NCBI GenBank assembly: GCA_963714975.1
Contig: CAVQQD010000003.1
Span: 704,001 to 768,000, forward strand
Length of the DNA stretch: 64,000 bases
Direction: 5' to 3'
Origin: an uncultured Gammaproteobacteria bacterium
GTDB taxonomy: Bacteria; Pseudomonadota; Gammaproteobacteria; JAURND01
The notes under the pieces are model-generated. The model had not been told where the DNA came from. It did no database searches and saw only the letters and a list, made by a program, of their open reading frames with translations. Below, in pieces: positions 52,296-62,194 of the stretch. Position 1 is the stretch's first letter, and the number at the start of each line of letters is the position of its first letter. A program made the translations under genes and the position numbers.

Positions 52296-52352
52296 ATTGT
52301 TGTATAGGGCCTAGAGGCCTATTAAATGGATTTAATAGTTTTTTAATCCGAA

Positions 52353-52404
52353 GGGGACATTTTCAAATTGGAAACTAAGAGGACATTTTAATTTTGGTTT
52401 GACA
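52353..52404. mobile_element. orphan IS end (TGTCAA terminus with subterminal AAAATGTCC repeats)
   Basis: Reverse complement TGTCAAACCAAAATTAAAATGTCC...TGAAAATGTCCCC; GGACATTTT at 52355 and 52381. Confidence 0.55.
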
Positions 52405-52589
52405 CGAGGTCAAAAAAAAGTTGCTTGAGGCTTGGTATTAAAGTAAAATTTATCGCAAATTATCGCATAAAATTATTTTAAAACATTAAGAAAACCTTGG
52501 CGTTGAGTGATGGATTTCGGCAAGCCAGCAGTTTGAGACTTTATTTCTCAGTAGATTTTATTGTAAATATCACAAAGAGACTTTTAAAT

Positions 52590-53161
52590 ATGGAAGCAAA
52601 AACTATTACCCCTGTGACAACAAATTTCATTCCACGCACAATGTATGCAGCCTCATTAGTTCGTGATGCTAGAAAAGAAAAGGATAGTGGAAGAGTCTTT
52701 TTATCTTAATCGAAGGGTTAGATGCTCAGAATCAGCATTTTGTACGCCGTTATGAAATGCAAGTGGTTGAAAGTAAACCACGAATTGAAATAGAGACAAT
52801 GACGCCTCAAAGCTTTTCAGAAAAAATGGCTGGCAAAGATTATTACTGTATTTCATACGACATAACTCCTGAAGAAGCAAATAAGCTTCATCAAGCCATT
52901 ATAAATGAACAACCAAACATAGCTGAAAGCAAAACTCATTACATTCAAAAAGAACAACGTAGCTGGCTCAATAAACTTACCTGTGGTATGGCAGACATGG
53001 GTGATCCATATCAAAGAACTACCCATGCTTGGGCGTCTAATCATCTTATTAATAGTGCTGATGATCAACAGCGTGTTGGTAAGATCTTGCGTGAATCTCC
53101 CGATGATATTTATGATGGGCAGGGCTACCTTCTACAAAGAGGTATAGCTAGTAGAGAGTAA
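52590..53161 (+). CDS. hypothetical protein, probably one gene frameshifted near 52705
   Basis: MEAKT...GRVFL continues in the next frame as LIEGLDAQNQHFVRRYEMQVVES (ORF 52757-53161). Confidence 0.5.
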
Positions 53162-53254
53162 AAGCATAGTCAATTCCTTACTGAGTAAAGGGTCATAGTC
53201 TAATCCAAATAATTGCGTATTGGCAATGATGAAGAAGAAGGGTTTCTGGGGAGA

Positions 53255-53287
53255 GTTAATAAAAATTTAAGCTTTATAGGCTATCAT
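53255..53287 (+). promoter_or_regulatory. PmrA-type box and -10 element
   Basis: GTTAATAAA-N2-TTTAAGCTT-N7-TATCAT. Confidence 0.6.
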
Positions 53288-54553
53288 AGCTTTGAGTTTA
53301 CTAGTAACTTGGACAAATCATGAAAAAAACTAAAGCTATATCTCGCCTGCTCTTGCCGCCGCTGAGCTTAATAGACGCCTGGACTAATCGACGCAAACTT
53401 GCTAGCACGATGTTATTAGGAGGTGGTTTAGGAGCACTCATTGGACCGATTTTGGCTTTGCCATTGGGCTTCTATTTATTTGGATTTTTTGGCTCTTCTG
53501 CTCCTTTGCTTGATCTTGGTATCTTACCTGCTCTCTTCACGGTTGGTTTAGGAGCATGGGGAGTCAGTGTCTTGGGTCGCTTTGTTGGTTTTTTGCTGGG
53601 TTATGTAAAGACCATTTCGGGAACGTTTTTTACATTTCAGAGTAAGGAAGTATTGCAAGCGGGCATTAGTTTTGCCTTTTTTGGCAATGCGGTCACTAAA
53701 CGATTTTTCCACCTATTTAATACCGACTTTGATGCTCGATGCCTTTTAACCCTGGAAACTTTCGATCGCCTCAATTTATTACGTCCCACGATCAGAACTT
53801 ACTTCCTTAACCATGCACTGAGAGCAGCAGCTGGGACTATCTGCTCTTTAAGCCACTGCGCCAAATTTCAGGACTGGTTGAATGATTACCAGCTAGCTCG
53901 CGGAATTTTAGAGGCAGTGGAGCATCATCATAATCAATGGCGGGATGAGGAAGGCCTTTTCCGTGATTTGTTAATTAAATTGCATAATTTTGGCTATTTA
54001 ACTAGAGATAATGTCGTAGAAAAAATTGAGTTTTTTGCAAGAACTTACCGTGCAAACGCCTCCCATGAATTAGCTATCCACACTGCTCTTAGGTTAGGCC
54101 ATGAGCAAACTATTCACAAATTAGGCCATGAGCTGGATATGCTTAAGGAGTGTGGTTTATTGATAAAAGATACAAAAGGCACGGAAAATACGGACAATCA
54201 AGCAAAAATAGCCCAGATTGAGCGTACATTTTCCTTGCGCGAACATTTCATACCGAGTGATTTGATCCAGGTTATGGCTGCTGTCAAAGGATTAAACGTG
54301 TTTGGCGAAGGTTTAGATCAGCAGCTGGGGATTATCAGGTGTCGATATGATGCGTCAAAGTTTAATTCATTTAACCGACGTGGGCTGTTTAGCGGAGAAC
54401 CAAGTAATGCGTTACAGCCTGGGGATATGAAGGAGCCATTGAGTAATTGGCGAAAAAAAAGGTTTTTCAATCTAGATCGGCAAACGCTTGATTACCTGCG
54501 GGTACATAAAATATCACAAACCCAATTTGATTTAATAGCATCATTTCAGAACT

Positions 54554-56103
54554 CAATGGCACTACCTTAAGCCACAGAATATTTTAAAATCCTTTTATTT
54601 ATTTTACGTAGCAATTTTTCTTTTTCGATTGCTCTGTTTCTCTTCAAGGCTGGAAATGGTTTCGGTCTTTGCTTGACTAGCCTGGGCTCCACCCTATCTG
54701 GTCTATTTCCAACTTTGTTTTGCACAATTAATTTTAACATCTCAATATACATTTTATGGTTGCTCACCTGATTTGAGCTTATAAAATAAGGAATAAATTC
54801 ATTTAGTAGCTGCACACTTCCCTTAAAGCTTATTTCCCATGGATTAACGCCATACTCATAACAAGCTTTTGCTATAATTATTCTGATAAAATTATATGCT
54901 AATAAATGAATTCCTATTTCTTTTCTAACCATTTCTGGTGTTTTGCACGATAACATATCCATATTCATGATACTTTTAATACTTCGCAAATTAAGCTCCA
55001 CCTCCCACCTTCGCTTATATATTTGGGCAAGCTCTGCTTTGTGGTATTTTTTGTCTAAAAATGTTGTAACGTATATGTGGCCTGATACTTTAAATTCCCG
55101 TATGGAAATTTGATCGGGGTATGCCTCATATTGCTTTTGTGTCATCCATTCCGGTTTCTGTGGTTTCTCCCAGTTGACAATGTGATCATTTTTACCCAAT
55201 TTTTGTCCCATTCTAAAATCATAATTCCTTTGACTTTGTCCGCGAAAAACACCATCAGCTCCTATTTTTTTTAAGTCCGCCATAAGAAAAAAATTGGGGT
55301 AATAACGGTCACCCAGCACAATATCGTCGGCTTTAATGCAGTTTATAATTTCTCTTAATAATGAGATTTCTCCTGTGCCCTTTCCTTTGTGAGCCCCTAT
55401 TGCATAATCTATTACGGTTCCCCGCGTCAGTGACATAACGGCTACTATTCGCGCCATAGGAAATCCAGCCCCTTTTTTCTGATTACCATGCTGAGGAAAT
55501 TTTTTTTGATTAGCTTTTGTATCCGACATTTTGACGGTAGATCCATCAAATGCTTTTAATTCTCGGCCATAGACTTTCCATCTCATTGGAATAGATTTCA
55601 AAGGGAAAGCTCCAGATTCTTTAACTAATGCCTTCACAGTATCTTCAGGCAATCGCTTTCTGGCCTTACAATAGGGGCCAGTATTTGAGCTTATTTTATT
55701 CTGCTTCTTTTTTTTACTATGCAGCTGCTCCACAACAACACCAGCAACCGCTTTTTTGCAGGATTTATCTGGATTTAAAACTTGTTTAATAAACGTAAAT
55801 AAGGTTTTGGTGGGGCTATATATCCGGTCACGATATTCCCGGCACTCTCTAAGTATCTTCTGACATTTTTCTGAATTCAATAGGTTTAACAGGAAAATGT
55901 CTGGTGCACCATCAGCCAATTCTTGTCTTTTATTTTTAACTTGCTTAATTTTATTTTTCTTTTTAAAATTCACAGATCAGTTTCCTTTTTTTATTATTGT
56001 GTGTTTGCTACAACAATAATATTAAATTTGGAAACTGATTTCATCTTTTTTCATCTAAATCATAGGCTTATATTCATCTTTGCTCCTTAAGGTAGTGCCA
56101 TTG
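54554..56103 (-). mobile_element. IS4-family insertion sequence, 1550 bp
   Basis: Perfect 18-bp terminal inverted repeats CAATGGCACTACCTTAAG; 11-bp target duplication ATTTCAGAACT (54543-54553 and 56104-56114). Confidence 0.95.
54567..55973 (-). CDS. IS4-family transposase
   Basis: YCKARKRL, AFDGS, LGDRYY, YKRRWEVELNLRSIK, RPDRVEPR. Confidence 0.93.
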   Translation of the reverse strand: MNFKKKNKIKQVKNKRQELADGAPDIFLLNLLNSEKCQKILRECREYRDRIYSPTKTLFTFIKQVLNPDKSCKKAVAGVVVEQLHSKKKKQNKISSNTGPYCKARKRLPEDTVKALVKESGAFPLKSIPMRWKVYGRELKAFDGSTVKMSDTKANQKKFPQHGNQKKGAGFPMARIVAVMSLTRGTVIDYAIGAHKGKGTGEISLLREIINCIKADDIVLGDRYYPNFFLMADLKKIGADGVFRGQSQRNYDFRMGQKLGKNDHIVNWEKPQKPEWMTQKQYEAYPDQISIREFKVSGHIYVTTFLDKKYHKAELAQIYKRRWEVELNLRSIKSIMNMDMLSCKTPEMVRKEIGIHLLAYNFIRIIIAKACYEYGVNPWEISFKGSVQLLNEFIPYFISSNQVSNHKMYIEMLKLIVQNKVGNRPDRVEPRLVKQRPKPFPALKRNRAIEKEKLLRKINKRILKYSVA

Positions 56104-58025
56104 ATTTCAGAACTCGGCTTATGGGATGGCTAGGATATTGGCAGAGGTTCGGCATGAGTGGTTAACTCCGCAAAATTGTCGAGCCATTTTGCAGAATCAG
56201 CATCAGGGTTATATTATGCGGGGCTTGGAACAGTTAGCATTTGCGCAGGTAAAAATAGGTGAGAATCGATTTCGTGAGGTTAACTTACTAAGTCGTGAGC
56301 AAGGCCAGCTCTTTTTTGAGTTGGTTGTTGCAAGTGGTACAAATGCTCCTAGTGTGGGTATAGCAATATCTGCTCTTGATTATCTCGCACCTAAGAAGCT
56401 GGAGATTTATCTTAAATTAATGAAGGAAAAATTACTGTCGTTTAATGATGCTCAAATCTCTGAAGTGAATGCGTTTATCATTAACAATGCCTCTATATTG
56501 CGAAAGATCAGTGATGAGGATTTCCAGCGTTTGTTTGCCTATCCCGAAAAATTGGCAGCTCTTCAGAGAGCTATGAATATTCATAAAGAGGAAGGCTTAA
56601 GTAAATCTCATTATTTGTTGCACTGCTTGCCGAGATTAATGGAGAAAAAATTACTGTCGTTTAATGATGCTCAAATCTCGAAGTGAATGCAGTTCATCGT
56701 TAACAATGCCTCGTATATTGAACGAGGTCAGTGATGAGGATTTCCAGCGTTTGTTTGCCTATCCCGAAAAATTGGCAGCTCTTCAGAGAGCTATGAATAT
56801 TCTTGCAGAGAACGGCTTAAATAAGTCTCATAATTTCAGCGCGTTGTTGCAATGCTTGCCGGAAATAGAAATTATTCGGGATACTCTCAAGAAAACTCAG
56901 GGACAACTGAACCAACTAATTTTTAATAAAATGATTGTTGAACACTATCGAGCACCTGCGTTAGAAGTACTGCCAGAGGGCATGGGCCATCCTTTTATTA
57001 TTATTGCGGATTATATTTCTGATGATATCTGGGATAAATCGCCTCACAAGGAATTATTCGAAGCATTAAAAGCAAATCATTGTGAAGATCTGCTAGAGAA
57101 AGATGCTGAGTTCGAGAAACAATTAGCTGGTCAAAAGGATGGTGATATTCGAGTCCTTACTAAACGCCTCAAAAAGTTAAAATCCACTAATGTTTTTACC
57201 CCATTTGAACAAAAAGGCATTAGTGATAATTTTCAAACTAGAAAGAAAATTTTGTTACAGATGATTGAAGTCCTGGGGTATCCGAAAGATAAATTTTGGA
57301 TGGTTAAGGTATTAAAGGAACATAAATTACTGCAAGGTGAGCAAGCTCCAAAGAATTTTCTGCATGTATTGAATAATATCAATCATAGTAATGCCATTAA
57401 ACGAGTTATTGACAACGAAGCGGTTGCTGATTACCCTGATTTCTTTGTTTCCATCATCTCTCAAGGAAAAGATGCGAGTGCTCTCAACAAACTTCTGACG
57501 AAATTCAGGACTTATTTTAAAGATAACAAATATGGTATAGAAAACTTAGGGCGTGTTATTAAGCGTGCTCCGGAGGCGAAAGTATTGGGGGAAATCTTAG
57601 GGATAATGCAGCAAGAGAAGCAGGAAAAATTGTTTGATCCTGAATTCCCAGTTAGGGCACAAGCAAATTTTGAATTTTTATTTGACGCGTCAAATGCCGG
57701 CACAGCTAGAAGCATTTTAACTGCCATTCAGCAAGAGAGACAAAATAATACTCCGATTACTCAAGAAAAATTTAGGGAAATTGTCAAGCAGGGTAAGACA
57801 TCTACGGTAACTCAGATCCAAACCTCGGGTGGTTCGCCCCTCCATCTTCCTCCACTGCAGGGAACTGAAGTTGGTGATCTTGATTTCAGAAGTAATAGAA
57901 ATAATTCTTTTGCTTCTGTTTCCCCGACCTAATGGTGTAAGATTACTAGCTTAACTCATTACCTAGTCTGTGGGTTTATCTCAAGGACGCAGTCTAAACA
58001 ATTTACCATTATCGGAGTTCACAAT

Positions 58026-59222
58026 ATGTCCCTGATTTTATCTTCCCGTGTAGCGCGCGTAAAACCTTCGGCAACTTTGGCGGTGGCGAATCGAGCGGCT
58101 GAGTTGAAGGCAGCGGGTCAAGATATTATTGATTTAAGTGTAGGCGAACCTGATTTCGATACGCCTGACTTTATTAAAGCAGCGGCTATCCAAGCGATTC
58201 AGGAAGGCTTCACTAAATATACTGCGGTTGATGGTATCCCTGCCTTGAAAAAGGCGATTATTGAAAAATTGGCTCATGAAAATGAGCTGCAGTATTCTCC
58301 TGAGCAGATCATCGTGAGTTGTGGGGCCAAGCATTCGCTGTTCAATTTGTTTGCGGCCTTACTCAACAGTGAGGATGAGGTGATTATCCCTGCTCCTTAT
58401 TGGGTATCTTATCCTGAAATGGTGCTATTGAATGATGGGTTGCCGGTGATCATTGCTACCGATCTTACACAGCGCTTTAAAATTTCTCCTGCCCAGTTGG
58501 CGGCGGCCATTACCCCGAAAACCCGCTTATTAATTTTGAATAGTCCCTCAAATCCTTCAGGTATGGCTTATACCCGAGAGGAGTGGAGTGCTCTTGGGGA
58601 GGTGCTGAAAGAGCATCCCCGGGTGTGGATTGTCACCGATGATATTTATGAACATATTTTCTGGGGATCAGAGCCATTTAGTAATATTTTAAATGCGTGC
58701 CCAGAATTGTATGAGCGCACCGTGGTCGTTAATGGTGTTTCTAAGGCTTATGCGATGACTGGGTGGCGGATTGGTTATGCAGCGGGCCCGGCGCCAGTGG
58801 TTAGTGCGATGAAAAAGGTGCAATCGCAAATTACTTCAAATCCGAATTCTGTAGCGCAAAAGGCGGCGTTAGCTGGGCTTTCTGGCAAGCAGAGTTTTGT
58901 CCGTGAAATGAATCAGGAATTTAAGCAACGCCACGATTACCTGGTAGCGGCGCTCAATGAGATCCCTGGTTTGGAATGCCTGCCCGCAGATGGTGCTTTT
59001 TATGCTTTTGTGTGTGTCGAAAAGCTGTTAAAAAATGCGGGGATCAAAACAGATCTGGAATTAGCGGAATATTTATTGCAACAGGCGCAAATTGCGGTAG
59101 TACCTGGTTCTGCGTTTGGTACACCGGGGTACCTGCGCTTGTCTTTTGCAACCAACATGGATCTTTTAAAAGAGGCGGTGAGTCGGCTTGAAAAAGCCAT
59201 ATCACCAAACTTTGTAGGATGA
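58026..59222 (+). CDS. aspC: PLP-dependent class I/II (aspartate) aminotransferase
   Basis: GEPDFDTP, NSPSNPSG, DDIYE, SKAYAMTGWRIGY, YLRLSFA. Confidence 0.88.
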   Translation: MSLILSSRVARVKPSATLAVANRAAELKAAGQDIIDLSVGEPDFDTPDFIKAAAIQAIQEGFTKYTAVDGIPALKKAIIEKLAHENELQYSPEQIIVSCGAKHSLFNLFAALLNSEDEVIIPAPYWVSYPEMVLLNDGLPVIIATDLTQRFKISPAQLAAAITPKTRLLILNSPSNPSGMAYTREEWSALGEVLKEHPRVWIVTDDIYEHIFWGSEPFSNILNACPELYERTVVVNGVSKAYAMTGWRIGYAAGPAPVVSAMKKVQSQITSNPNSVAQKAALAGLSGKQSFVREMNQEFKQRHDYLVAALNEIPGLECLPADGAFYAFVCVEKLLKNAGIKTDLELAEYLLQQAQIAVVPGSAFGTPGYLRLSFATNMDLLKEAVSRLEKAISPNFVG

Positions 59223-59264
59223 AAAGTATTTTAATTTGGGATTCCCGCTTCTTCAGTAATTTGA

Positions 59265-59294
59265 CCGACGGGTGACAAATTCGTCACCCGTCGG
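59265..59294. terminator. hairpin between convergent aspC and icmS
   Basis: CCGACGGGTGAC-AAATTC-GTCACCCGTCGG; resembles the inner stem of the 3437-3570 element. Confidence 0.6.
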
Positions 59295-59324
59295 AGGATT
59301 AGAGCTTCAGCGGAATTCCTCATT

Positions 59325-59663
59325 TTAGTCGTACATGAGTTCATCCAGTGCAATCACTTCTTTCGAAGAGGATGCTTTGCGTAACTCCATAATGACGTCA
59401 GTAATGCATAATAAGCGCAGTACTTGCGGAGTTACTGCATCAAATTTCACTTGGATCCCTAGCGGTGCTTTTTCTGCATCTTCAAAAGAGACGCCAATGC
59501 CGTAGCCCAAACATAGGGAACACAGCTGATCGGCACGGCGAGCCATTCCTGGGAGTAAGCCGGCAGAGGAGAATACTTCTTCATAGCTGAGTGGTTTACC
59601 ATTGAAACTAAATTTTACGCCAAGAGAAGTTGCGAGGTTGGTTAATTGCTTGCTGATTTCCAT
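59325..59663 (-). CDS. icmS: Dot/Icm adaptor IcmS
   Basis: EEVFS..GLLP.MARRADQLCSLCLGYGIGVSF...LDEL.YD; start at MEISK. Confidence 0.92.
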   Translation of the reverse strand: MEISKQLTNLATSLGVKFSFNGKPLSYEEVFSSAGLLPGMARRADQLCSLCLGYGIGVSFEDAEKAPLGIQVKFDAVTPQVLRLLCITDVIMELRKASSSKEVIALDELMYD

Positions 59664-59665
59664 TC

Positions 59666-59926
59666 TTACATCCACCAAGGTATAGCTAGTTTTCTACGAC
59701 CAGCTAGGAAAGAACGCAGCCAGCGACTAAATACCGCTACCGTAAAACCATAATGATTTAAAATGCCAAAAAAAGTAGTTGCTGCTATGGCAAGTATGAT
59801 AGTCCAGACACGAATGTGCAGCAAGCAAAGCACCACAGGAAATACCGCCCTAGCATCCACTACAAAGAGCAAAGGGAAGCGAGCAGAGTCTCGCCAAGAA
59901 GCGTCTTGAGAAGGAAATTTTAACAT
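59666..59926 (-). CDS. icmT: Dot/Icm membrane protein IcmT
   Basis: WRDSAR.P..F.VDARA.FP, YGFTV.VF.RWLRS.LAG..K...PWW. Confidence 0.92.
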   Translation of the reverse strand: MLKFPSQDASWRDSARFPLLFVVDARAVFPVVLCLLHIRVWTIILAIAATTFFGILNHYGFTVAVFSRWLRSFLAGRRKLAIPWWM

Positions 59927-59976
59927 GGAAAAACTTTAGCACAGTTGGGAGGTTTTGTTCAAGCATTGCTCCAGAA

Positions 59977-60036
59977 TCCCCTCTCCCGTTGTCTATCCGA
60001 TGCTGCATCGGATAGCTCCCGTTGTGGGAGAGGGGA
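59977..60036. repeat. REP hairpin carrying a nested 23-bp palindrome with 10-bp direct repeats
   Basis: CTCCCGTTGT-CTATCCGATGCTGCATCGGATAG-CTCCCGTTGT within TCCCCTCTCCC...GGGAGAGGGGA. Confidence 0.85.
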
Positions 60037-61191
60037 CTATTTCAGCAACCCCAGCAACGCCCTTGCGGCCCGTTGTGAGCCACCTGCTTCTCCCAATTTT
60101 TGTTTTACTAACTGCAATTGTTCTTTGATGGTGTTTTGATAGCTTAAGTCGTCGAGAATGCGGCTGATTTCTGCAGCAATAGCTTTAGGATTTGCTTCAT
60201 GTTGGATCAACTCTTTGACAATGGCTTGGCCGGCAATAATATTACACAAGCCAATATAAGGAATTTTGATAATTCGTTTCATGATCGCATACGTTGAAAA
60301 TGAAGTTTTGTAGACAATGACCATTGGGATGCCTAACAGGGCAGTTTCTAGGGTCGCAGTGCCCGAGGTCACAATGGCGGCATCGCATAGCTGTAGTTCA
60401 TTGTACAAATCTTCGCCGAGAATATGCACTGGAACCTGCGTCGCTTGTAAATAAGGCTCTAGATCTTTTCGGCTCAAAGAAGAAGCAACTGGCAAAATGA
60501 AAGTGGTGTGGGGATGGTGATGTTTTAAAATTTCCGCTGCGCCGAGTAGTGGAGGCAGTAGCCGCTTAATTTCCCCTTTTCGACTGCCTGGTAATAAGCC
60601 AATGACGGTACAGTGCGGGGGAATTTCTAAGCTTTTTCTAACTTCCGCTTTAGTTTTGGTGGGCACAACTTGTCCCGCCAAAGGATGCCCGATAAACTCT
60701 ACCGGCACTTGGTGTTGACGATAAAATTCAGCTTCAAAGGGAAACAGCACCAGCATTTTATCGACGCGTTCGCGAATGGTTTTTACCCGGCGTTGTTTCC
60801 AAGCCCAAACTTGGGGGCTGATATAGTAAAGGACTTTAATTCCGGCTTTCTTTGCGGCTTTGGCTATTTGCAGATTAAACTCAGGATAATCAAGAAGAAC
60901 TACTAAATCAGGAGGAGTTTTTCGAATGAATTGCCGAAGTTTTCTCCAAGCTTGAAAAATAGGGATACCATGTTGGAGGATCTCAATACCGCCTACTACC
61001 GCCATGGATTTTGAGTCAACGATAATCTCGACCCCGGCCTGGCGCATGTGCTCTCCCCCCATACCTATGAACTTGAGGTTAGGGTCGAGCTTCAGCACTT
61101 CATGCACGAGGGCAGCTGCATGATGGTCACCGGAAGCTTCTCCGGCAACGATCAGAACTCGCTTAGCTGGCAATGACAAAGTCGCCCTCAC
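60037..61191 (-). CDS. lpxB: lipid-A-disaccharide synthase
   Basis: AGEASGD, DYPEFN, YYISPQVWAW, LLPGSR.GE, SGTATLE. Confidence 0.96.
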   Translation of the reverse strand: MRATLSLPAKRVLIVAGEASGDHHAAALVHEVLKLDPNLKFIGMGGEHMRQAGVEIIVDSKSMAVVGGIEILQHGIPIFQAWRKLRQFIRKTPPDLVVLLDYPEFNLQIAKAAKKAGIKVLYYISPQVWAWKQRRVKTIRERVDKMLVLFPFEAEFYRQHQVPVEFIGHPLAGQVVPTKTKAEVRKSLEIPPHCTVIGLLPGSRKGEIKRLLPPLLGAAEILKHHHPHTTFILPVASSLSRKDLEPYLQATQVPVHILGEDLYNELQLCDAAIVTSGTATLETALLGIPMVIVYKTSFSTYAIMKRIIKIPYIGLCNIIAGQAIVKELIQHEANPKAIAAEISRILDDLSYQNTIKEQLQLVKQKLGEAGGSQRAARALLGLLK

Positions 61192-62152
61192 GAGTCAGTG
61201 ATCCAAAGAATTTCATTTGCTTTTTGACGATATCAGTAATTTTGATCGCAGTCGCAAGCGCCATTTGTCCGTCCACCCCAGAGACCACGGGGGGCTTTTG
61301 GTGTTGGATAGAATCGAGAAAAGCCACAATTTCATCTCGTAAAGCATCTCCTTGCTCAAAGGCCTGTTCTTCACAAATAATTTCAGGGATCCCGGGGAAC
61401 ATTTCATTGATCCCCTTGCGGTGGATGGCGAGTTGTTTATGCTGTAAGTCGAGAGAAATATAGGCATCGGGTTGAAATAGGCGCAGCCGGCGTTCTTGCT
61501 TTAAACTGACGCGGCTAGCGGTCACATTAGCAACACAGTGGTTTTCAAACTGAATCCGTGCGTTGGCAATGTCGATTTGATCTGAGAGCACGCAGGCGCC
61601 GTTGGCATGAATTTTTTTTATCGGTGAACCGACAATATATTGAATTAAGTCAATATCGTGGATCATTAAATCCAGCACCACATTGACATCAATACTGCGT
61701 AATTTAAACGGGGCGAGGCGGATGCATTCAATAAAGCGCGGCCGGTCTAGGTATTTTCCTAGGGCGTTTACCACGGAATTAAATCGTTCCAAATGGCCCA
61801 CTTGCAAGACTAGGTTATGCTTTTGGGCTAAGGCAATGAGTTCCTCTGCTTCATCCACGGTATTGGTGATAGGCTTCTCCAGTAATACGTGAACGCCATT
61901 TTCTAGAAACATTTTGGCAATTTGAAAATGGGACTGGGTAGGGGTCGCAATGCTAACAGCCTCTACCTTTCCTAGGAACTTGTGGTAATCTTCTGTCGAC
62001 ATAATGCCGTGTTTGTTAGCAATCTCATATCCTCGTTGCGGGTCTATATCACAGACACCGATGAGTTTGGCATTGGGTAGGGCTGCATATTTCTCAGCAT
62101 GAAACCGCCCTAAGTACCCAACTCCGATAACAGCACACTTAATCTTTCTCAT
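61163..62152 (-). CDS. gnnA: Gfo/Idh/MocA oxidoreductase, GnnA-like (UDP-GlcNAc 3-dehydrogenase)
   Basis: GVGYLGRFHA.KY, LLEKP, QVGHLERFN, DLMIHDID, TASRVS; directly upstream of lpxB. Confidence 0.7.
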   Translation of the reverse strand: MRKIKCAVIGVGYLGRFHAEKYAALPNAKLIGVCDIDPQRGYEIANKHGIMSTEDYHKFLGKVEAVSIATPTQSHFQIAKMFLENGVHVLLEKPITNTVDEAEELIALAQKHNLVLQVGHLERFNSVVNALGKYLDRPRFIECIRLAPFKLRSIDVNVVLDLMIHDIDLIQYIVGSPIKKIHANGACVLSDQIDIANARIQFENHCVANVTASRVSLKQERRLRLFQPDAYISLDLQHKQLAIHRKGINEMFPGIPEIICEEQAFEQGDALRDEIVAFLDSIQHQKPPVVSGVDGQMALATAIKITDIVKKQMKFFGSLTREGDFVIAS

Positions 62153-62194
62153 GTAGTAGTTGGACCTCTTAATAGGAATAGGAACAAATAAAAA

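Larger units (their letters stand above)
53320..57932 (+). pseudogene. effector-like gene interrupted by IS4 (pieces 53320-54553, 56115-56686, 56664-57932)
   Basis: Removing the IS and one target copy restores ...DLIASFQNSAYGMARILAEV in frame; N-terminal TM helices; internal ~220-bp tandem repeat. Confidence 0.75.
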
